A stretch of 54,023 bases of DNA from an uncultured Bacillales bacterium (GTDB lineage Bacteria; Bacillota_I; Bacilli_A; RF39; UBA660). The translations under genes were made by a program, and so were the position numbers. The first letter of the stretch is position 1. Every line of letters begins with the position of its first letter. The stretch covers positions 1 to 54,023 of the forward strand of contig CAMNHK010000006.1 of the NCBI GenBank assembly GCA_946539445.1, given 5' to 3'. Shown here piece after piece: positions 1 through 10,143 of the stretch. The notes under the pieces were generated by a model. The model did not search any database, was not told where the DNA came from, and worked only from the letters and a program-made list of their open reading frames with translations.

Positions 1-2456
1 CCACATGGACATGGATCGTTTCTACCTATTTTTTGTTTTTTAACTGGTTGTTTTTTGGCAACTTTATCTTCTGTGTCATTAGTTAGCAATTTTTTTGGCT
101 TTTCTTTTCTTTCAATGTTTTGTCTAATTTCTGCTTTTAATAAGAAAATTGATACATCTTTGTCTACTTTTTGTAGCATAGAATCAAACATATCAAATCC
201 TTCTATTGTATAAGCTCTAAGTGGATCTTCTTGAGCATATCCTCTTAAGTGAATTCCTTCTCTTAAATGAGACATTGTATTGATATGTTCGGTCCAGTAA
301 TTATCTAATACTTGTAGGGTAATAACTTTTTCAAATTCTTTTGTTACTTCTTCTGGAATACCTTTTAATTTATCTTCGTATTCCTCAATTACTACTTTGG
401 CGATTGTATCAATACAATCTGCTGGTTGTTTACCTTCAATATCCTTTAATTTGATATCTTTCTTTAGAAGATTCTCATTTACAAATTCGCGTATATCTTT
501 ATAATCATCTTCTGTTAAATATCCTTCTGGAGCTAGATGAGAATTTACTAAATCTTCTATATGATGACGGATTGTAGTTAAAACCATATCATGAATAGAT
601 TCATCTTCGAGAATTCTATTTCTTTTCTCATAAATAATTTCTCTTTGATTATTCATAACATCATCATATTGTAATAAGCTCTTACGAATATCAAAGTTAT
701 TTCCTTCTACTCTCTTTTGAGCGGTTCCAATGGATTTGGTAAAGGTTTTACTTTGGATAGCTTGATCTCCTAATCCCATATTTTGCATCATAGAACCAAT
801 TCTATCGGATCCAAATCGTACCATTAGATCATCTTTCATGGATACAAAGAATTGAGTATATCCAGGATCTCCTTGACGACCAGCACGTCCACGTAACTGG
901 TTATCAATACGACGTGATTCGTGTCTTTCGGTTCCTACAACACATAATCCCCCAAGGGCTCTTATTTCGTCCGATAATTTGATATCCGTACCACGTCCAG
1001 CCATATTGGTTGCGATGGTTACAGATTTATTTAGACCAATCTTAGAAATAATTTCTGCTTCTCTTTCATGATTCTTAGCATTTAATACTTCATGTGGAAT
1101 ATGAGCTTGTTTTAATAAATTACTGATTAATTCACTTGTTTCAATTGCTATTGTACCTATTAAAACTGGTTGCCCTTTTTCATATCTTTCTTTTACAAAA
1201 GCAATGATTGCTTTATATTTTGCTTCTTTTGTAGCAAATACTAAGTCTGGAGCATCGATACGAATAACTTCTTTATTGGTTGGTATTTCTATTACGTACA
1301 TATTATAGATATTACGGAATTCTTCTTCTTCTGTTTTAGCTGTTCCGGTCATACCTGATAATTTTTTATACATACGGAATAAGTTTTGGAAGGTGATGGT
1401 TGCGAGAGTCTTTGTTTCTTGGTTGATATTTACTCCTTCTTTGGCTTCTATTGCTTGATGAAGTCCATCGGAATAAGCTCTTCCTTTCATTAAACGTCCT
1501 GTAAATTGGTCAACAATTACAACTTCTCCGTCTTGAACTACGTAGTCTACATCATTCTTCATTGCGTAATTCGCACGTAGTGCTTGATTAATGAAATGTA
1601 ATAATGTTGAATTATCTACATCATATAAGTTCTTAATATGAAACATTTCCTCGGCTTTATCAGCACCTTGTTCCGTTAAATTAACACTTTTTGTTTTTTC
1701 ATCATAAATGTAATCTTTTTCGGCTTTTAGGCTTTTGGCATACTTATCTGCTTGTATATATAAATTTGCATTGGCCATTTCTCCTCCAGAAATAATTAAT
1801 GGGGTACGTGCTTCATCGATTAAAACGGAATCCACCTCGTCGATGATAGCAAAGTTTAGTCCTTTTTGAACTCTATCTTCTTTGCGGACTACCATGTTAT
1901 CTCTTAAATAGTCAAATCCAATTTCATTATTGGTAGAATAAACGATATCACAACTATAAGCTTCTTGTTTTTCTTCGGTTGTTAGATCTCTTCTATTTAC
2001 TCCAACCGTTAATCCTAAAAACTTATGAATTCCACCCATCCATTCTGCATCACGTGAAGCTAGGTATTCATTAACGGTAATGATATGAACTCCATTTCCT
2101 GTTAAAGCATTTAAGTAAGCAGGAAGAACAGAAGTCAATGTTTTACCTTCACCAGTTTTCATTTCAGCTATATTTCCATAGTGAATGGCTAAACCACCTA
2201 ATATTTGGACGTAGAAATGTTTTTCTCCTATCACACGGAAAGAAGCTTCTCTTGCTGTAGCAAAGGCTTCTACCAATATATCATCTAAGGTTTCCCCATC
2301 GCGTAATCTATCTTTGAATTCTTGAGTTTTATTTTGTAATTCTGTATCCGTTAGTTTGGAATACTCTTCATCTAACGCCATTACTTTATCCGCTATTGCT
2401 CGGAATCTTCTTAACTCCTTGTATTCATGATCGAATAATTTTTTTAATAATTTCAT
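1..2456 (-). CDS. secA: Preprotein translocase ATPase SecA (3' end runs off the window)
   Basis: Not in the ORF track because the stop lies outside the window. ATG at 2456 follows an AAGGAG SD. Manual translation gives MKTGEGKT, IDEVDSVLIDEARTP and TNMAGRGTDI, and the C-terminal zinc motif IGRNDPCPCG at the window edge. Confidence 0.97.
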   Translation of the reverse strand, partial: MKLLKKLFDHEYKELRRFRAIADKVMALDEEYSKLTDTELQNKTQEFKDRLRDGETLDDILVEAFATAREASFRVIGEKHFYVQILGGLAIHYGNIAEMKTGEGKTLTSVLPAYLNALTGNGVHIITVNEYLASRDAEWMGGIHKFLGLTVGVNRRDLTTEEKQEAYSCDIVYSTNNEIGFDYLRDNMVVRKEDRVQKGLNFAIIDEVDSVLIDEARTPLIISGGEMANANLYIQADKYAKSLKAEKDYIYDEKTKSVNLTEQGADKAEEMFHIKNLYDVDNSTLLHFINQALRANYAMKNDVDYVVQDGEVVIVDQFTGRLMKGRAYSDGLHQAIEAKEGVNINQETKTLATITFQNLFRMYKKLSGMTGTAKTEEEEFRNIYNMYVIEIPTNKEVIRIDAPDLVFATKEAKYKAIIAFVKERYEKGQPVLIGTIAIETSELISNLLKQAHIPHEVLNAKNHEREAEIISKIGLNKSVTIATNMAGRGTDIKLSDEIRALGGLCVVGTERHESRRIDNQLRGRAGRQGDPGYTQFFVSMKDDLMVRFGSDRIGSMMQNMGLGDQAIQSKTFTKSIGTAQKRVEGNNFDIRKSLLQYDDVMNNQREIIYEKRNRILEDESIHDMVLTTIRHHIEDLVNSHLAPEGYLTEDDYKDIREFVNENLLKKDIKLKDIEGKQPADCIDTIAKVVIEEYEDKLKGIPEEVTKEFEKVITLQVLDNYWTEHINTMSHLREGIHLRGYAQEDPLRAYTIEGFDMFDSMLQKVDKDVSIFLLKAEIRQNIERKEKPKKLLTNDTEDKVAKKQPVKKQKIGRNDPCPC

Positions 2457-2487
2457 GTCTTATTCTCCTTCAACTTATTATTTTACC

Positions 2488-2519
2488 AAAAAAAAACGAG
2501 AATTTAAAGATATTCTCGC
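2488..2519 (-). terminator. Intrinsic terminator between hpf and secA
   Basis: CGAGAAT/ATTCTCG stem followed by a U-run on the - strand. Confidence 0.7.
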
Positions 2520-2529
2520 TTTTTATCTA

Positions 2530-3063
2530 CTATTCTGACTCAATAACTCCGTAATTTCCATCGTTTCTCTTATAAACAACTGCAGGTTTATTGGTATCAG
2601 CATCTTTATACATATAAAATTGGTGTCCAAGTAATTCCATTTGAAGAATTGCTTCTTCCTCATTCATTGGTTTTACTTCTACCATTTTTCTTTTCACAAT
2701 TTTGTTTTCTTCCTCTTCTTCTTCAGGTTCTTCAAAAGATGCTATGTTGAAGTCAAAGCTTGATTTTGATTGTCTTGACAACAATCTTGTCTTATTCTTT
2801 CTAATTTGTCTTTCTAATTTATCGATTGTTTTATCAACAGCCGCATAGAAATCCTCTTGTGTCTCCTCCGATCTTAAAATAAATGATTTTAATGGTATGG
2901 TTATTTCAACGGTTTGTTCATGTCCTTTTACTTTTACTATGACGTTTGCACGAACTGTATCGTGGTTTTCTAGATATTTATCTAATTTTTCTAGCTTTTC
3001 TTTAATATAATCACTCATAGCTTTTGTAACTTTAATTTTGTCTCCATGAATTTTTATTTCCAT
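2530..3063 (-). CDS. hpf: Ribosome hibernation promoting factor (long HPF)
   Basis: DFYAAVDKTIDKLERQIRKNK and C-terminal KPMNEEEAILQMELLGH; canonical position upstream of secA. Confidence 0.95.
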   Translation of the reverse strand: MEIKIHGDKIKVTKAMSDYIKEKLEKLDKYLENHDTVRANVIVKVKGHEQTVEITIPLKSFILRSEETQEDFYAAVDKTIDKLERQIRKNKTRLLSRQSKSSFDFNIASFEEPEEEEEENKIVKRKMVEVKPMNEEEAILQMELLGHQFYMYKDADTNKPAVVYKRNDGNYGVIESE

Positions 3064-3119
3064 ACTATCGCCTCCTTGTACTTTTAGTATAGCATATTGA
3101 ATTAAAAAAAACCACTATT

Positions 3120-3338
3120 TTATATGTTCGTGGTTTCTTTTAAAAGTCTTACATTAATGGCTTGATATCCTTTACTAGTTTCAATTAATTTGAATTCTAC
3201 TAGCTGATTTTCCGATAAAGTTTTATAGCCATCTAATTCGATTGCAGAATAGTGTACAAAGATATCTTCGTTTTCTCTAAAGCCGATAAAACCATATCCT
3301 TTATCATTGTTAAACCATTTCACGCGTCCGGTCATCAT
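3120..3338 (-). CDS. csp: Cold-shock domain protein (CspA family)
   Basis: GRVKWFN, KGYGFI (RNP1) and DIFVHYS (RNP2). Confidence 0.95.
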   Translation of the reverse strand: MMTGRVKWFNNDKGYGFIGFRENEDIFVHYSAIELDGYKTLSENQLVEFKLIETSKGYQAINVRLLKETTNI

Positions 3339-3479
3339 TTACCTCTACACCTCTCATTCTACCATTTGTTTGTGGTATATTCATTCTAGCAAACTTTCAA
3401 AATTAGGTTTTCTTTTTCCGCAAAATGATTCTTTTTTTCTTTTTTTGATTGGTTTTTCCTATTTTTCGACAAAATGTTC

Positions 3480-4184
3480 TTAACTATCTATTTTTCGAAC
3501 AGCTTTGGTTACTAACTTCTTTTGTTCTTTCATATTTACTAGTAATATTTCTTGGTTTTTAAATATTATTTCGTTTTTCTTGCGATTATACATTAGTATT
3601 TGTTCTGTATTTACTATATAACTTCGGTTGCATTTAAGAAAACGTTTATCAAGCTGTTTTTCAATGCTTCCTAAGCATCCTTGAATATAATATTCTTGGT
3701 CTATTGTATGAATAATGCATCTTTTATTATCTTTTTCTTTTTCAATATATAGGATCTTACAAAAGTCTATATTATAGAAAATGTTTCTATACGTATATTT
3801 TAGACTATTTGGTCTTCGGTCATGATTTTTCAAAGCAATTTGTATGGCTGTCTTAAAACGCTCTTCAAATGGTTCTGATAGATTAATATAATCTACTAAT
3901 AATAATCTTTTATCATACATAATTTGTTTCTTTTGATTATTCTTTGAGACGATTATTATCATAGATTGCCAGTCTTCATAAGAATAACGAATTTGCTCTG
4001 GAAAATTGCAATCTTCTTTGGATAAATCTATATTTAAGATAAATATTTTAAAAGTTTCTTCTGGTATATTATCTTTTGATTTTATCTCATAGTCAATATC
4101 GTAATTCATCATTACTTTTTCGATTTCTTTTATAAATATTCGTTTATATTCTTCTTTTTCTTCTTGAATGATAAATGTAATCAT
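3480..4184 (-). CDS. LytTR-family (AgrA-like) transcriptional regulator with a degenerate receiver domain
   Basis: C-terminal LytTR motif FLKCNRSYIVN and a REC-like N-terminus. Likely start is ATG 4184 after AAAGGTG; the ORF track uses GTG 4193. Confidence 0.8.
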   Translation of the reverse strand: MITFIIQEEKEEYKRIFIKEIEKVMMNYDIDYEIKSKDNIPEETFKIFILNIDLSKEDCNFPEQIRYSYEDWQSMIIIVSKNNQKKQIMYDKRLLLVDYINLSEPFEERFKTAIQIALKNHDRRPNSLKYTYRNIFYNIDFCKILYIEKEKDNKRCIIHTIDQEYYIQGCLGSIEKQLDKRFLKCNRSYIVNTEQILMYNRKKNEIIFKNQEILLVNMKEQKKLVTKAVRKIDS

Positions 4185-4251
4185 AATGAACACCTTTTTT
4201 CATTCTATCATTTCTAACACTAAAATCAAAGAAAAAGAACACTTTTGTGTT

Positions 4252-5337
4252 CTAATTTTTTTTCTTTTTGAAAAAGCTCATAAATTTTTTGGTTATTTTA
4301 GGATTTTTTTCTGAAATGATGGTTGTATGTAATACAAACCATATCACAATAATAAAGATTATGATATATAATACTTGCCCTATGATTGGATCTTTTAAGG
4401 TATAAAAGATAGATGCACTAGCAAATAAAATATTTATTCCGTAGATAATTAACACTGTTACGGTTTGAGAAAAATTCATTCCTAATAATTGGTGATGGAG
4501 ATGTTCCCTATCGGCTTGAAAAGGAGGCTGTCCTTTTAATAGTCTTCTAATGATTGCGAATAATGTATCAAGGATTGGAATTCCTAAGATAGTTACTGGA
4601 ACAAAGAATGATATTAGGGCTGGTCCTTTAAATTCTAATAGTGTTATGATGGCGATAATAAATCCCATAAAAGTAGCACAATCTCCTGCAAAAATTTTAG
4701 CCGGATGAAAATTATGCACTAAGAATCCTAGGGTAGAACCTAACATAATCAAGGTAAGTATCATTACGAGACTTCCTGCTCTACCTTGATAAAATCCAAT
4801 GATGGAAATGGTTATATAGAAAATGGAACAAATACCGCCACTTAAACCATCTAAGCCATCAATTAAGTTAATAATATTGGTACAAGCGACAATGAATAAT
4901 ATCGTGATTGGATACGATAACAATGAAAAGTTAAAAGAATAGCCAAAGACAGTAATGTTATCTAGTAATATTCCACCATAAAACACAATGACCATAGCTG
5001 CCGCTATATGTCCTAATAGTTTATAAGTTGCTCTTATCGATTTAATGTCATCTACAATTCCGGTTAACACTACGATGAAACTACCAATTAATATAGAGTT
5101 CATTCGTATGCTTTGCTCTCCAAATAACATATATCCTAATAGGAAAGCTAAAAAAATTCCTACTCCTCCTAGTTTTGGAGTAGCTGTTTTATGGATATGA
5201 CGATTTCCTTCTTCGCTTCTTGGAATGTCCATTGCTCCAATGTGAATTGCGACTTTTCGCATTAAAAACATTATTATAGTGGAGAATAAAAAGGTTACTA
5301 GTACAATCTTAGATGCTTCTAATAACTGCCATTTCAT
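4252..5337 (-). CDS. tagO: Undecaprenyl-phosphate GlcNAc-1-phosphate transferase (TagO/WecA, GT4 family)
   Basis: PKLGG, GIVDD, NLIDGLDGL, PAKIFAGD and DREHLHH motifs; polytopic membrane protein. Confidence 0.9.
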   Translation of the reverse strand: MKWQLLEASKIVLVTFLFSTIIMFLMRKVAIHIGAMDIPRSEEGNRHIHKTATPKLGGVGIFLAFLLGYMLFGEQSIRMNSILIGSFIVVLTGIVDDIKSIRATYKLLGHIAAAMVIVFYGGILLDNITVFGYSFNFSLLSYPITILFIVACTNIINLIDGLDGLSGGICSIFYITISIIGFYQGRAGSLVMILTLIMLGSTLGFLVHNFHPAKIFAGDCATFMGFIIAIITLLEFKGPALISFFVPVTILGIPILDTLFAIIRRLLKGQPPFQADREHLHHQLLGMNFSQTVTVLIIYGINILFASASIFYTLKDPIIGQVLYIIIFIIVIWFVLHTTIISEKNPKITKKFMSFFKKKKN

Positions 5338-5402
5338 TTTTGTCCCTTCTTTCTATTTAGATTATATCAAATAACCATTTAAATAAAAAGAAAAAACCAA
5401 TT

Positions 5403-6398
5403 TTATTGGTCTTCTTCTAGTAGTTTTATATTATCTAATAATATTCCGGTTCCTTCGGCAACACATGTTAGAGGTGTTTCTGCGATTAATACTGGTATGG
5501 TTAATTCTTCTTCTAATACTTCCATTAGGCCAGTTAATAGAGCTCCTCCTCCTGTTAAAATAACTCCTTTTTCCATAATATCTGCTGATAATTCAGGTGG
5601 AGTTTGTTCTAGAACATTTTTACAAGCTTTGATAATTTTATGAATACTATCATTCATAGCTTCTTTTGTTTCTTCTTGTGTTAATTCGATGGCTGCGGGA
5701 AGTCCTGTAATTAGGTTTCTTCCTTTTACTTCTCTTTTTTCTTTTTTGTTTGGTTTATAGATATTAGCAAAATTGATTTTTATATCTTCTGCTGTTTTTT
5801 CTCCAATTAGTAGATTATACTTTTCTCTTATATATTTAATTATGTCTTGATCGAGTGCATTTCCAGCAATCTTTACGGAAGCAGATGATACAATACCATT
5901 TAAGGATAGAATGGCAATATCGGTTGTTCCTCCTCCTATGTCTAGTACCATATTGGCAGTTGGCTTGGATATATCCATACCTGCTCCGATGGCTGCTACT
6001 TTTGGCTCTTCTTCAATATATACTTTCCTAGCTCCCGCTCTTTCTGCCGCTTCTCTAATGGCATTTTTTTCCACGGGAGTTATATTGGTTGGACAACATA
6101 TTAAAATTCTTGGTCTAGTAATTACTTTTCTAGCTTTGGCCTTCTTGATAAATTCATTTAGCATAATTTCTGTCAATTCAAAATCGGCTATTACACCGTC
6201 TTTCATTGGTTTTATGGCTTTAATTTTGCCAGGAGTTCTTCCTAACATTTCATTGGCTTCTTTTCCTACGGCTAATACTTTTTTCGTTTCTGTTTCGATG
6301 ACAACTATGCTAGGTTCATTTAGAACAATTCCTCTTCCTTTTATATAAATTAATACGTTTGCCGTTCCTAAATCAATTCCAATATCTTTTGCTAGCAT
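5403..6398 (-). CDS. mbl: MreB-like actin homolog (Mbl by synteny)
   Basis: IGIDLGTAN, DIGGGTTD and LTGGGALL. Lies downstream of spoIIQ like Bacillus mbl. Start at 6398 inferred from SD spacing; alternatives are 6407 and 6416. Confidence 0.9.
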   Translation of the reverse strand: MLAKDIGIDLGTANVLIYIKGRGIVLNEPSIVVIETETKKVLAVGKEANEMLGRTPGKIKAIKPMKDGVIADFELTEIMLNEFIKKAKARKVITRPRILICCPTNITPVEKNAIREAAERAGARKVYIEEEPKVAAIGAGMDISKPTANMVLDIGGGTTDIAILSLNGIVSSASVKIAGNALDQDIIKYIREKYNLLIGEKTAEDIKINFANIYKPNKKEKREVKGRNLITGLPAAIELTQEETKEAMNDSIHKIIKACKNVLEQTPPELSADIMEKGVILTGGGALLTGLMEVLEEELTIPVLIAETPLTCVAEGTGILLDNIKLLEEDQ

Positions 6399-6484
6399 AA
6401 TCTTCATTCCTTCCATTCATTATTTTACCATATTTTTCTTTCTTTATAATACATATATACGTTTTTTTCTAAAAAAAAAGAAGA

Positions 6485-7114
6485 TTAATTTTCTTTTTCT
6501 TTTTCTACTTCTTTGTTTATATAATTCTCTGGATTTTCATAATTTCCTTTATGATAAATTTCGAAATGAAGATGATTTCCTAAATCTTTATCGATTTCAT
6601 TGGTTCCACTTTTTCCAATTACTTGTCCTTGCGTGATAATATCATCTTTTTTTACGGAGATTTCTCCAAGACTTTTGTAAATGGAAATTATATCATTTTC
6701 ATGTTTGATTTCTATTGTTTTACCAAATAGGTCATCTTCTTTCACATTTACTACGGTACCATCTAGAATTGCTACTACATCAAATTCTTTTTCTCTAACA
6801 TAATCAATTCCTGTATTCTGTATATACATATTGTCTTTTACATGAATAGATGCTATTTGTTTTTCTTCTTCTCCTTGATAATCATAATAATTTTTGCCGA
6901 TTGTAATATCATTGTCAATATAAGGAGAAATTATTCTTGTTTTACTATTCAATACTGGATAATTTATTTCCGGTATTTCTTCATTTACAGACTCCAATTG
7001 ATCTGGCTCGTTTATTACTGGGCTTACCATACTTGCTACCCAATAGGCAGGGAGTACTCCTAATATACCTACTAACAAAAATAAATAAGGAACTTTCAAT
7101 CTTCTTTTCATCAT
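6485..7114 (-). CDS. spoIIQ: SpoIIQ-like membrane-anchored M23/LytM protein
   Basis: N-terminal TM, YYDY motif, degenerate M23 motif NTGID and GNHLHFEI; synteny with mbl. Confidence 0.75.
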   Translation of the reverse strand: MMKRRLKVPYLFLLVGILGVLPAYWVASMVSPVINEPDQLESVNEEIPEINYPVLNSKTRIISPYIDNDITIGKNYYDYQGEEEKQIASIHVKDNMYIQNTGIDYVREKEFDVVAILDGTVVNVKEDDLFGKTIEIKHENDIISIYKSLGEISVKKDDIITQGQVIGKSGTNEIDKDLGNHLHFEIYHKGNYENPENYINKEVEKEKEN

Positions 7115-7130
7115 ATGATCACCTCAATAT

Positions 7131-7159
7131 CATTTTGAACCAAAAAAAAAGATTTATAC
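7131..7159 (-). promoter_or_regulatory. Putative sigma-F promoter of spoIIQ
   Basis: - strand GTATA-14 nt-GTTCAAAATG resembles the sigF consensus (GYATA ~15 nt GGnnAnAnT) and lies just upstream of a GAGGTGA SD. Confidence 0.5.
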
Positions 7160-7166
7160 TTCCTTT

Positions 7167-7364
7167 TTATATGAATTTCATAGAAGTAAATAAATCCCAG
7201 AAAAAATTTGTTACTAAGTAAATCAAAGATAATCCTAAAAAGAAATAGAAAATACGGGCTTGAACTACTCTATTTTTTTTAAATATTTGGTTGATATTGA
7301 TAGAATCCATGGACCATATTACAAATATAGCTACTAATATGTATAAAAATACTTTTCCTATCAT
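7167..7364 (-). CDS. ywzB: Small membrane protein DUF1146 (YwzB)
   Basis: FKKNRVVQARI and YLVTNFF pattern with two TM segments. Confidence 0.85.
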   Translation of the reverse strand: MIGKVFLYILVAIFVIWSMDSININQIFKKNRVVQARIFYFFLGLSLIYLVTNFFWDLFTSMKFI

Positions 7365-7366
7365 TT

Positions 7367-7807
7367 TTATTTCTCCTCATACTCTTTTATTTTGTTTCTT
7401 CTACGTAGGTGTTTTTCTTCCATAGAACATGGAGCATTGATAAAGGTTATTACCATATTGATGGCTTTATCGAATGGAACTTTTTCCCCAAAAGCAATAA
7501 TGTTTGCATCGTTATCGGTTCTAGTTGCGATTACATCTTCTAGGCTATCGACTTTGGCACAGCGAATTCCTTTTACTTTATTGCAGGCAATACTAATTCC
7601 AATCCCTGATCCACATATTGCAACTCCAAAATCTACCTTTTTATCTCTAACGTTTTCTCCTAAACGAAATGCATAATCTGGATAATCGGTTGATTCTGTA
7701 GAGTTTGTTCCATAGTCTTCTACTGCTATAGACCTTTTTAATAATTCTTCTTTTATTTGTTCTTTTAAAGGATATCCTCTATGGTCACTGGCTAGTCCTA
7801 TTTTCAT
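7367..7807 (-). CDS. rpiB: Ribose-5-phosphate isomerase B
   Basis: SDHRG, DYPD and ICGSGIGISIACNKVKGIRCA. Confidence 0.93.
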   Translation of the reverse strand: MKIGLASDHRGYPLKEQIKEELLKRSIAVEDYGTNSTESTDYPDYAFRLGENVRDKKVDFGVAICGSGIGISIACNKVKGIRCAKVDSLEDVIATRTDNDANIIAFGEKVPFDKAINMVITFINAPCSMEEKHLRRRNKIKEYEEK

Positions 7808-7860
7808 ATTGATTACTCCCTTTCTATTTTTATTATAACATAAAATAAAAGAAGCAAAAA

Positions 7861-8076
7861 TTATTCTGCTTCTTTTTGAGTAAATCCATATTTCTTGTTG
7901 AATTTATCAACGCGTCCTGCACGAGACGCTCTATTTTGTTTTCCTGTATAGAATGGATGACATTCTGAACATACTTCAACATTGATTTCTGATTTTGTAG
8001 ATTTACAAGTGAAAGTATTTCCGCAAGCGCATGTTACTTTGCAATCTTTTACTTCTGGATGAATATTTGCTTTCAT
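7861..8076 (-). CDS. rpmE: 50S ribosomal protein L31 (zinc-binding type A)
   Basis: IHP, CACG and [10 protein letters not shown]. Confidence 0.97.
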   Translation of the reverse strand: MKANIHPEVKDCKVTCACGNTFTCKSTKSEINVEVCSECHPFYTGKQNRASRAGRVDKFNKKYGFTQKEAE

Positions 8077-8079
8077 ATT

Positions 8080-8127
8080 ATCTCTCCTTCCGCCATGACA
8101 AAATAGTTGCCATAGTAATTAAGTGCG
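8080..8127 (-). promoter_or_regulatory. Putative L31 leader (ribosomal protein autoregulatory 5' UTR)
   Basis: Hairpin CUAUGGCAA/UUGUCAUGG immediately 5' of CGGAAGGAG (SD). Upstream sigA-like TTGAAA...TGATATATT. Confidence 0.5.
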
Positions 8128-8150
8128 TACTTAATATATCAAATATTTTT

Positions 8151-8837
8151 TCATTTTTCAAGTGTTTTTCTAATTATTTTCTTTGCAATTGCTTGATATC
8201 CAATGCTATTGGGGTAATAACTATTGGGATTTGAAAAATACTTTGCTTCTGGCTTTAATAGTTCATCGGTATCAATATAGATGCTATTAGGAGTGTTTTT
8301 TAGTATTTCATTTAGTTCTCTTATTCCTTTGTTTTTATAATAGTCTTCTAACGTTGAGGTATGGTATCCAATCACTATAATTGGGTTTCGATAATATTTT
8401 CTAATTTCTTCTATTAAATGAAAATAGTTTTCTTCTATTTCTTTCACATCTTCTTTTAAACTGGATTGCGTTTTATTCTCATCTAAACTAAGTTTATACA
8501 TTAAATCGTTGTATCCTAGATTTAGAATTAGATAGTTTGCTTCTTTTAATTCTCTTTTGTATTCTGGAATCGTATTGATTTTGTCCATTACTTCTTGGAT
8601 TGTCAAATCTTCTCTTGAATATTTGGATATTATGGTTGCTTGAATATTTTTGGTATGATAATAATCTTTTATTCTATCTAAATAACCATAGTCTTTTATT
8701 CCAAAGGAGTTGATTCCTAAAGAAAGGGCATCTCCAAGACATAAAATACGGACTTTTTTGTGGTTTGTTTCTTGATATATAAAGTATACGGATAAACTTA
8801 TCAAGATTAATAATAGTAATTTGATTATTTTCTTCAT
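8151..8837 (-). CDS. SGNH/GDSL hydrolase-fold secreted or membrane-anchored protein (YpmR-like), probably inactive
   Basis: N-terminal TM/signal, block I LGDALSLG, block III GYNDL and block V YPNSIGY. Confidence 0.75.
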   Translation of the reverse strand: MKKIIKLLLLILISLSVYFIYQETNHKKVRILCLGDALSLGINSFGIKDYGYLDRIKDYYHTKNIQATIISKYSREDLTIQEVMDKINTIPEYKRELKEANYLILNLGYNDLMYKLSLDENKTQSSLKEDVKEIEENYFHLIEEIRKYYRNPIIVIGYHTSTLEDYYKNKGIRELNEILKNTPNSIYIDTDELLKPEAKYFSNPNSYYPNSIGYQAIAKKIIRKTLEK

Positions 8838-8872
8838 AGTGCCTCCAAAAAAAAAGAAATATAACTATTTCA

Positions 8873-10129
8873 TTATATTTCTTTAATTTTAATTTTAGCA
8901 CCTACAGAACTTAGTTTTTCTACGATTTGTTCATATCCTCTTAAAATATGTTCTGCATTCGCAATGGTTGTTTTTCCTTCTGCAATTAGGCCAGCTGCTA
9001 CCATAGCAGCTCCTGCTCTTAAGTCTGTCGCTACTACTTCACATCCCTTTAGTTCTTTTGGCCCCAAGACAGTAGCTGTTTGATTTTTTACTTCTATATC
9101 GGCTCCTAAATCTTTTAAATAAGGAATGTGCATGAACCGATTTTCCCAAATGGTTTCGGTTACTTTTGATTTTCCATGAGCTTGCGTTAATAAAACAGTA
9201 AATGGTTGTTGAAGGTCCGTTGGGAATCCTGGATAAACCGCTGTTTTAATATTTGTTGCTTTTAATTTAGTTGTACTATCTAGTACGGTAACATAATCTG
9301 CCCCTATTTCTAGATTAATTCCCATTTCTTCTAATTTAGATAGAAGAGAATCTAAGTGTTCTGGAATTACATTATCAATTTTTAATGGTGTTCCGCATAG
9401 TGCTCCAATGATAATATAAGTACCTGCTTCAATTCGATCTGGTATTACTTCGTGGAAACATTTATGAAGATGGTCTACTCCTACTATTTTAATGGTAGAA
9501 GTTCCTGCTCCTGTTATTTTGGCACCCATATTGTTTAAGAATGTTGCAACATTCACAATTTCTGGCTCTTTAGCAGCATTATCGATCGTTGTTACTCCTT
9601 TGGCACGAACGGCTGCTAGCATGATATTAATGGTTGCTCCTACAGATGCAATATCTAAGTATATATTTGCTCCTTTTAATTCTTCGGCTTCTACTATGTA
9701 CTTATTATTCTCACTCTTAACGGTTGCTCCTAGTGCTTCAAATCCTTTTAAATGCAAATCAATTGGTCTTGCTCCAATGGAACAACCTCCTGGGAAGTAC
9801 ATAACGGCTTTTTTATATTTTCCTAATAAGGCTCCCATAAAATAATAAGATGCTCGAAGTTTTTTTGAAAATGGTTCTGTTATTTCTGTATTAATCATCT
9901 CTTGTGGATTAATGACAACACTTTCGGTAGAACGATTTACTTTGACGTTTAATAATCTCAAAATATCACATAAGGCTTCTGTATCTGTTATCTCTGGGAT
10001 ATTGCAAATGGTTGCTTCTTCATCCGTTAAGATGGCTGCTGGAATTAAAGCAACCGTTGCATTCTTGGCCCCACTAATGCGTATGGTACCATTTAGTTTT
10101 TTTGAACCCTCAATTTCAATTATTTTCAT
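8873..10129 (-). CDS. murA: UDP-N-acetylglucosamine 1-carboxyvinyltransferase
   Basis: SGAKNA, LRASYYFMG, PGGCSIGARPIDLH, YPGFPTDLQ and DLRAGA; murAB position after fba. Confidence 0.97.
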   Translation of the reverse strand: MKIIEIEGSKKLNGTIRISGAKNATVALIPAAILTDEEATICNIPEITDTEALCDILRLLNVKVNRSTESVVINPQEMINTEITEPFSKKLRASYYFMGALLGKYKKAVMYFPGGCSIGARPIDLHLKGFEALGATVKSENNKYIVEAEELKGANIYLDIASVGATINIMLAAVRAKGVTTIDNAAKEPEIVNVATFLNNMGAKITGAGTSTIKIVGVDHLHKCFHEVIPDRIEAGTYIIIGALCGTPLKIDNVIPEHLDSLLSKLEEMGINLEIGADYVTVLDSTTKLKATNIKTAVYPGFPTDLQQPFTVLLTQAHGKSKVTETIWENRFMHIPYLKDLGADIEVKNQTATVLGPKELKGCEVVATDLRAGAAMVAAGLIAEGKTTIANAEHILRGYEQIVEKLSSVGAKIKIKEI

Positions 10130-10143
10130 AATATCCTCCTGAA

